The translations under genes were made by a program, and so were the position numbers. Below, one piece after another: positions 20,665-29,900 of a stretch of DNA of 32,000 bases. Source of the DNA: Mycolicibacterium smegmatis (GTDB taxonomy: Bacteria; Actinomycetota; Actinomycetes; Mycobacteriales; Mycobacteriaceae); assembly GCF_001457595.1 (NCBI RefSeq), contig NZ_LN831039.1:1-32000 (forward strand), in the 5' to 3' direction. The notes below the pieces were generated by a model. It searched no databases, was not told where the DNA came from, and saw only the letters and a program-made list of their open reading frames with translations. How positions within the stretch are numbered: the stretch's first letter is position 1; each line of letters opens with the position of its first letter.

Positions 20665-23600
20665 GTGACCGCGGATTCGCTGGACATCGCAGAGCTTCTG
20701 GAGCTGTGGAACAACCACTCCACGCCGGAGCACACATCGACCGTCCCGACGCTGTTCGCCGCCCAGTGCGCGCTGACGCCGGACGAGGTGGCCGTGGTCG
20801 ACGGCGAACGGCGGCTCACCTACCGCCACCTCGAGACCCACGTCGCGCAACTCGCGCACGCCGTGCGCGTCGCGGCCGGGGAGGGCCCCGAACCGATCGT
20901 GGCGATCGGTGTCCCGCGGTCGGCCGAGATGGTCGTGTGCGTGCTCGCCGCGATGATGGCCGGTGTCGCGTTCGTACCCCTCGATCCCTCGTGGCCCGCG
21001 CACCGACGCCGCCAGGTCCTCGCCGACTCCGGCGCGGTCGCGACGTTCATCACCCGCGAAGACGAATCCGATTGGGGCGTGCCGGGATTGCGGGTCGACC
21101 TCGGCGCCTGGCAGTTCACGGCCGAGTCGCCCGTGTTGCCGCAGGCCGACGTGCATCCGGCCCAACTGGCGTACGTGATCTTCACCTCGGGCTCGACGGG
21201 CAAGCCCAAGGGCGCGATGATCCGCCACGACGCGATCGCCGAGCGGTTGCAGTGGCAGCGCGATCACATCCTGCACTTCGGCAAGCACGACCACACCGAC
21301 GCGTCACTGTTCAAGGCGCCCTTGTCCTTCGACATTTCGGTCAACGAGATCCTGTTGCCGCTCGTCAGTGGCGGACGCGTGGTGGTCGCGGTCCCCGACG
21401 GCGAGAAGGATCCCGAGTACCTGCTCGAGCTGATCCGCACCGAACAGGTGACGTTCGTGTACCTGGTGTCGTCCATGCTCGACACGTTGCTCGAGCTCGA
21501 CCGGCTCGCGACCGCCGACGGCGCGCCGAGCTCACTGGCGTCGCTGCGCCATGTGTGGTGCGGCGGTGAGGTTCTCACACCCGGTCTGTTCGCGCGGTTC
21601 CGCAAACAGCTGACCACGACGCTTTACCACGGCTACGGCCCGGCCGAGGCCACCATCGGCGTCTCGCACGTGATCTACCGCGACACCGCAGAACGCATCG
21701 CGACCTCGATCGGCCGCCCCAATCCGCACACGCAGCTCTACGTGCTCGACGAGTACCTGCAGCCCGTGCCACCCGGCGTCGGTGGTGAACTGTACGCAGC
21801 CGGATTCCTGCTGGGCCGTGGCTACGTCAACGCACCGTCACTGACCGCGTCCCGCTTCGTCGCGAACCCGTTCGACGGCAACGGATCCCGCATGTACCGC
21901 ACAGGCGATCTGGCGCGGTGGACCGAGGACGGCAGCCTGGAATTCCTGGGTCGCGCCGACAACCAGGTCAAGATCGGTGGCAGGCGCGTCGAACTCGAGG
22001 AGATCGAGTCGCAACTGGCCGACCACCCCGCCGTGCGGCACGCGGTCGTGGACGTGCACCGCCAGGGCGGTGCGGATGTGCTGGTGGGCTACCTGGTGGC
22101 CGCCGACGGCGTGCGCAACGACGCGGCGTGGCACGCGGAGGTCGCCGACTGGGCACGCACCCGCCTGCCGGAGTACATGGTGCCCAAGGCCTTCGTGGCC
22201 CTCGAGCGGGTTCCTCTGACCGCCAACGGCAAAACCGACCGACGGGCGCTTCCCGCGCCAGATCTCGAGCGCAGCGGCACCGTCAAGCCGCCCCGCACAC
22301 CGCGCGAGACCGTGCTGTGCCAGGTCTTCGCCGACGCGCTCGACATCGACGCGGTCGGCGTCGACGAGGACTTCTTCGCCCTCGGTGGCGACAGCATCGT
22401 CGCGATCCGCGTCGTGAGCCGGCTGCGCGCCGCGGGCTACACCCTGCGACCGCGCGACATGTTCGCCCACCGCACGGTCGAGGCACTGGCGCCCCTGCTC
22501 GGCGACTCCGATGTCCGGGACACCGGTCCGGCCGTCGACCCCACCGGCGCTGCCACACCCACGCCCATCCTGCGGTGGCTCGACGAGGTCGGCACCGCGG
22601 GATCCGTGCTGAACGGATTCCACCAGGGCATGTCGCTCGTGACACCGGCCGATGCCGACGAGAACACACTGCGCGCGGCGATCGCGGCCACCGTGCGGCG
22701 CCACCACGTTCTGTGGGCTCCGCCCGGACGCACCGCGTCGGACATCGACATCCCCGGTACGCCGCCCGAGACCCGGCTGCTGATCGCCGATGCTTCCGAC
22801 GGAATCCCTGCGCAGGCCGAAAAGGTTGCACGGCAACTGGTGTCCCTGCTCGACACCGCCAGGATCGCATTCGGCTGGATCCGGCGCCCGGCCGCGCCCG
22901 GCCGTCTCGTGGTGATCGCCGACCACACCGTGATCGACGGCGTCTCGCTGCGGATTCTCGCCGAGGACATCGCCACCGCCTACGGGCTGATCGCAGAAGG
23001 CCGGGCCGTCGAACTGCCCACGCCGCACACCTCGTGGCGGGCCTGGGCACAGCGCCTCGCCGATACCGCGGCCGCCGGTGGATTCGACGCCGATCTCGAG
23101 CACTGGCAGCAGGTGTGCGCGACAACCGAGACGCCGTGGGGCGACCGGGCATTGGACCCCGCGATCGATACCGTCGCCACCGAATCCCGGCTGACCGTCG
23201 AGCTGCCGTCCGCGGTCACCGACGCGATCCTCACCACCGTGCCCGACCGGATCCACGGCCACGTCAACGACGCCCTGGTCGCGGCGCTGTACCTGGCGCT
23301 GCGCCGGTGGCTGCACACGCGCGGCGTGGGTGCCGACACCCTGCTGGTCGAGATGGAAGGCCACGGCCGCGAGGGCCACCTCGTCGACTCGGACACGGCA
23401 GGCCTCGACCTGTCGAACACCGTCGGCTGGTTCACCACGCTGTACCCGGTCGCCCTGCGCGACGCCGAATTCGACTGGCAGGCAGCCGTCTCCGGCGGGC
23501 CTCAGCTGGGTGCGGCGGTGCGCTCGGTCAAGGATCAGCTTCGGTCGGTGCCGTCGCACGGGTTCAGCTACGGTGCACTGCGCTACCTGCGTGACGGCAC

Positions 23601-23925
23601 CAGCGGTCTCGAGGCCGCGCCGCAGGTGCTGTTCAACTACCTGGGCCGCTTCGGCACCGCCGACCGGCCATGGGCTCTCGCGAACGACACCACCGCGGTG
23701 CTCGAGGACCGCGATCCGGGCATGCCGCTGCCGCGTCTGCTCGAGGTCAACGCGGAGGCCGTCACCACCGCTGACGGCTCCGTGCTCCGCGCGACGTTCA
23801 GTTGGCCCGCCCACGCCGTCGCGGAGGTCGACGTGCGCACGCTGGCCGGCATGTGGACGGACCTGCTCACCGCGATCGCCTCGAGCGACGACGTGCGAGG
23901 GCACAGTGCATCGGACTTCGACCGC
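20665..23925 (+). other. NRPS module 1 (approximate bounds): A (20740-22250), T (22291-22500), E (22540-23925); no N-terminal C domain
   Basis: Motifs are listed under the NRPS CDS. The E domain carries [23 protein letters not shown] and FNYLGRF. Confidence 0.75.
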
Positions 23926-26900
23926 GTCAGCGTCACGGCGGACGACGTCGCCGAACTCGAACGCCGCTACCCCGGTCTCACCGACCTCCTGCCGCTCACG
24001 CCGACGCAGCAGGGCATCTATTTCCACTCGACCTTCAGCCGCGACCGCGACCCCTACGTGGTGCAGCAGATCGTCGACATCACCGGCCCGCTGGACACCG
24101 AACGCTTCCAGCGCGCAACCGAATCCGTGGCCGCGCGCCACCGTGCGCTTGGGGCCGTGTTCACGACGCTGTCCGACGGCACCCCGGTCGCGGTGCACGC
24201 CGCGACGGTCGCACCCGACTTCGACGTCCTCGACGCCCGCCACGCCGCCGATCCGTCGACTGTGGTCGCGCAACGTGCCCGGTGGGAGCGTGAGCGCCGC
24301 TTCGACCTGGCCGCCGCGCCGCTGACCCGTTACACGCTGGTCCGCCGCCGCGACGACCTGCACACCATGATCCAGACCGTGCACCACATCGTCGCCGACG
24401 GGTGGTCGGTGCCCATCGTGCTGGACGATCTGCTCACGGCCTACGCAGGTGACGATTTCGACGGTCCCGCACCGGAATTCGCACGCTTTGTCGACTGGCT
24501 CGAGCAGCGCGACACCGACGCCGACCGTGCGGCCTGGGCGCCTGCGCTCGAGGACATCACCGAACCCACGCGCCTGGCCGCCGCTGACGGCGCCCGTGGC
24601 CGTACAACCGGCTCCGGTTTCGGCACCCGCACCGTGACCCTGCAGTCCCGCAGCGCGGTCGCCGACGCCGCCAACGGTGCTGCGGTCACCGTCGGCACCC
24701 TGCTGCACACCGCATGGGGGCTCGCACTGGGGCGGCTCACCGGACGCGACGACGTCGTGTTCGGCACTGTGGTCTCGGGTCGTGGCGCAGATGTGCACGG
24801 CATCGAGTCGATGGTCGGCCTGCTGGTCAACACCGTCCCGGTGCGCGTGGCCTGGAGCGCCGACGACACCGGCGCCGATGTCGCGGGGCGCCTCGCTGCC
24901 GTGGAATCCACGCTGCTCGAACACCATCACCTGCCGCTGACCGAGGCGCACCGCCTCGCGGGGGTCGGCGAACTGTTCGACACGCTCGTCGTGATCGAGA
25001 ACCTCGGCGCGACAACGCATACGCGCGGCGACCTGACATTGGGTGACATCGGCGTGATCGAGGCTCCGCATTACCCGCTGACGCTCATGATCAGCGTGCG
25101 CGACACCATCACGGTGACCGTCACCAACGACCGCGAGCACGTCTCCGACGTGCTGGCCGACACCGCGGTCGCCGCGTTCACCGAGGTGTTGACGGCGCTC
25201 ACAGCCGATCCCGGGGTGTCCCCCGGCGACATCGCGCTGCCCGCACCGCAGGCGACCGCCCCACCGACGCAGGCGCCGCAGACCGTCACAGATCTGATCG
25301 CGGCCGCGATCGCGGAGCACCGCGACGATATCGCCCTGGTGGTCGGCGAGACCGAGTGGACCTACGGCCAACTCGGCGCCCGCGCAGGTGAACTCGCCGC
25401 AGCGCTGGCCGAGGCGGGTGTGCGCCGCGGCGACATCGTGGCGCTCGCGACCGCTCGTTCGGCGGACCTGGTGGCCGCGATCTGGGCGATCATCGCCGCG
25501 GGCGCGGCGTATCTCCCGGTCGACCTCGCCTATCCGCGGACCCGTATCGAGTACATGCTGCGCCATGCGCGCCCCACCGCGGTGATCGCCGACGGTGTGG
25601 GAGCGCACGTGGTGTCCGGGGCCCTGCCTGCGGACACGATCGTCGTCTCGACCACGGCAACACACGCCGCCGTGCCCTTCACGCCGGTGCCGGTGGACGG
25701 CGCCGACGCGGTTTCGGTGCTCTACACCTCGGGTTCAACGGGTGAACCCAAGGCCGTGGTCGGCACACACGCGGCGCTGGCCAACCGCCTCGCGTGGGCG
25801 GTCGAGGCCTGGCCCGCCGCGACGCGCATCGCGAAGAGCTCGCTGTCGTTCATCGACGGCACCACCGAACTGCTCGCCGGTCTCGCGGCAGGCGCGCGCA
25901 CGGTGCTGGCAGGCGATGAGACCGCTCGCGACGGCAGGCGCCTCGCGCAACTCGTGGCCGCGCACGGCGTCGAACAGCTGCTCGCCGTACCGTCACTGGC
26001 CGCGGTGCTCGCCGACGAACGCACCGAAGATGTTGCCGAGCTGAACCGTTGGATCGTCAGCGGTGAGGCCCTGGAGCCTCGGCATCTGCACGCACTGCGG
26101 ACGGCTTGCCCCACCGCCGAGATCGTGAACTCATACGGATCCTCCGAGGTGGCCGGGGATGTGCTCGCCGGTGTGCAGGATGACGCGGGCATCACGCTCG
26201 GCGCGGCCGTGCCGGGGGCAGGCATCCGGATCCTCGACAGCCGGCTGCGGCAGCTTCCCGCCGGGGTGATCGGCGAGATCTACGTCACGGGTGGGCAATT
26301 GGCGCGCGGTTACCTGGGCCGGCCCGGGCAGACCGCGACACGGTTCGTCGCGGCGCCCGGCGGTGAGCGGATGTACCGCACGGGTGACCTCGGCGCGTTG
26401 CTGCCCGACGGTCGCGTCGTGTTCGCGGGCCGCGCCGACGATCAGCTCAAGATCAACGGCCACCGTGTCGAACCCGGCGAGATCGAGAGCGTGCTGGCAC
26501 GGCAACCCGGTGTCCGGGAAGCCGCCGTGATCGGCACGGGAACGCAACTCGCCGCGTTCGTGGTGCTGGAGTCCGACGCCCCCGGCGCCGGTGATCTGCT
26601 CACCGCGGTGAGCGCCGAACTGCCCGGGCACCTGGTCCCGTCGAGCCTGCGACCGGTGGACGCGATCCCGCTGCTGCCCAGTGGCAAACGGGACAACACC
26701 GCGCTGCGATCGCTTCTGGTCCCCGGTGAAAGCACGGACACAGCGCCCACCAACGACGTCCAACGGGCCGTGCTCGATGTGATGACCGGTGTACTGGCCC
26801 GCGACACGCTCGGCGCCGACGACGACTTCTTCGCCGTCGGCGGTGACAGCATCTCGGCGATCCGGGTCACCAGCCGGCTGGCCCGCGCCGGGTACCACAT

Positions 26901-29900
26901 CGCGACCGAAGACGTCTTCCGTGGCCGTACCGCCGCGGGCGTGGCGGCCCTGGTCGACACCGTCGAACCCCTCGCGCACGACGCGGCGATCGAACCGTTC
27001 GGCACCGTGCGGCTGTCGCCGCAGACCATCGATCGGATCCGGGAAAGCGGTCCGGTCGAGGACATCTGGGCCATGTCGCCGCTGCAGCTCGGCGTGTACT
27101 ACCAGAGCACGCTCGCCGACGCGGGCCCGACGTACATCGCGCAGAACGTCTTCGAGTTCGACCGCCGCATCGACGTCGACGCCATGCGGCGAGCATTCAC
27201 CGCGCTGTTGCGCCGTCACCCGCAACTGCGGGCCGGGTTCCGCACCGTCGAGCACGCCGAACCCGAACCGGCCCCCGACGCCACACCCGTCGTGCAGGTC
27301 GTGGTGACCGACCCTCCGTCGGACCTCACGGTCGTCGACCTCACCGACCAGGACGACCCGGCCGCCGCGCAGCACATCGTCGACACCGACCGCACCGCGC
27401 CCTTCGACGTCGCGACGCCCCCGCTGCTACGGCTCACCGTGATCCGGCTACCGGGCGGACGTGACCGGATGCTGTTCACCTATCACTTCCTGCTGTTCGA
27501 CGGCTGGTCGCGCGAACTGGTGCTGCGAGACCTGTTCGCGCTCTACGACTCCGACGCGCAGCACGGCGCGATCGCACCGCACGGCGACCTGGTGGTGCGC
27601 CACCTGCAGTGGCTCGCGACCGACGGCGACCCGCAGGCCTCGGGCGCCACAGACGCATGGCGTGACCTGCTCGCGGGTCTGACCGAGCCGACGCTGGCGA
27701 GCGGCGTGTCACCCGATCACCCCGACGCGCGGCCCGGCACCGAACCCGGCAGGATCGTCGTGAGGGTGCCCGAGGACGTCACCACGCAACTGCACACGTG
27801 CGCCACCGCGCACGGCGCGACGCTCAACTCCGTGGTGACCGCGGCCGTCGCGCTGGTGACCGGCTATCACGCCGGCACCACCGACGTCGTGATCGGGACC
27901 ACCGTCGCCGGGCGCCCCGGCCACCTCGTCGGGATCGACGAGACCATCGGCCTGTTCCTCAACACCGTGCCGGTGCGGGTCGACATGTCCCCCACCCGTT
28001 CGGTCGCGGCCGCGATGGCCTCCATCGGTGAACAACGTGTGGCGATGATGCGGCACGACCACCTGGGCCTGGGCCAGATCCAGCGCGCCGCAGGTGATTC
28101 CGGCAGCGCGCTGTTCGACTCGCTGCTGGTGCTGCAGAACTTCCTCGACGACGACACTTTCACCGACCTCGAATCCCGCCACGGCATCATCGACGTCAAC
28201 TACCACGACACCACGCACTTCCCGCTCACCTGGGTGCTCACCCCGGGCCGCGAACTCGCGATCAAGCTCGAGCACCGCGTGGTCGACGACGCCAGGGCCA
28301 CCGAGATGGTCGAACAGCTCGTCACGGTGCTGCGGACCATCGCCGCGGAACCCGATACCGCCGTGGGCGCGGTCGACCTGATCGGCGCGGACCGGCGTGC
28401 ACAACTGGAGCGCAGGTGGTCGTCGACCGAACGACCGCTCGAGCCGGTCACGATCGCCGAACTCCTCGCGCGGCGTGCCGAACAGAATCCCGACGACGTC
28501 GCGCTGGTGTTCGGCGCGCAGTCGGTGACCTACCGCGAATTCGACGACCGCGTCTCGCAATTCGCGCGCCATCTGCGCGCACGAGGCGCGGCGCCCGAGA
28601 CGTTCGTCGCGCTCGCACTGCCTCGATCGATCGACATGGTGGTCGCGCTGTTCGCGGTGCTGCGCGCAGGTGCGGCCTATCTGCCGCTCGAGCTGGACCT
28701 CCCCATCGACCGCCTCCGCACGATCATCGACGACGCCGAACCCGTGCTGCTCGTCACGACGACCGACCGCACGGAACTGATCGGGCACGCACGAGCCCGT
28801 GGAGCCGATGTCATCGCGCTCGACGACGCGGAAACCGCTGCCACACTCGCCGATACGCCCGCGTACGCGCTGACCGCAGGCGAACTCGGGGCTTTCGCGT
28901 CCGGCAGCACGCGCCTGAACCACCCGGCGTATCTGATCTACACGTCCGGTTCCACGGGACGCCCGAAGGGTGTGCTCACCGGGTACGCGGGCCTGACCAA
29001 CATGTACTTCAACCACCGCGAGGCGATCTTCGCACCCACCGTGGCCCGGGCCGGTTCGGCAGAACAGTTGCGCATCGCCCACACCGTGTCGTTCTCGTTC
29101 GACATGTCGTGGGAAGAGTTGTTCTGGCTGGTCGAAGGACACCAGGTGCATGTGTGCGACGAGGAGTTGCGCCGGGACGCACCGGCACTGGTCGCGTACT
29201 GCCACCGGCACCGCATCGACGTCATCAACGTCACGCCGACGTATGCCCACCACCTGTTCGACGCCGGTCTCCTCGACGACGGCGCCCACACCCCGCCGCT
29301 CGTACTGCTCGGCGGCGAAGCCGTCGGTGACGGCGTGTGGTCGGCGCTGCGCGATCACCCCGACTCGGCCGGATACAACCTGTACGGACCCACCGAGTAC
29401 ACCATCAACGCCCTGGGCGGCGGCACCGACGACAGCGAAACTCCGACTGTCGGACAACCGATCTGGAACACCCGCGGCTACATCCTCGACGCGGCATTGC
29501 GACCCGTGCCCGACGGCGCGGTCGGCGAACTCTACATCGCAGGCACCGGCCTGGCGCGCGGATACCACCGCCGTGCGGGTCTGACCGCGGCCACCATGGT
29601 CGCCGACCCGTATGTGCCCGGTGGGCGCATGTACCGCACCGGGGACCTCGTCCGCCGTCGCCCCGGCAGCGCCGAACTCCTCGACTACCTCGGCCGCGTC
29701 GACGACCAGGTGAAGATCCGCGGCTACCGCGTCGAGCTCGGCGAGATCGAATCCGTCCTCACGACGGCCGACGGCGTCGCACGCTGCGCGGTCGTGGCGC
29801 GCGCGACCGGGGCCAATCCGCCCGTGAAAACCCTCGCGGCCTACGTCATCCCGGACCGGCGGCCTGCCGAGGACGCCGCGTTCATCACGGGACTCCGCGA

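Noticed and set aside
20001-21569. Plus-strand Arg-rich ORFs overlapping the NRPS (20001..21569, 21918..23594, 28416..29330, 29337..30143, 30165..31616).
   Set aside because: They are out of frame with the NRPS motifs. Their composition (over 25% Arg, runs of RRR and PRR) is typical of off-frame translation of GC-rich coding DNA.
21838-25665. A 1275-aa minus-strand ORF, the longest entry in the track for this region.
   Set aside because: It is antisense to the NRPS frame. Its composition is dominated by R, G, D, V and H, with no recognisable motifs. Long stop-free antisense frames are expected at this G+C content, and all NRPS motifs are on the + strand.
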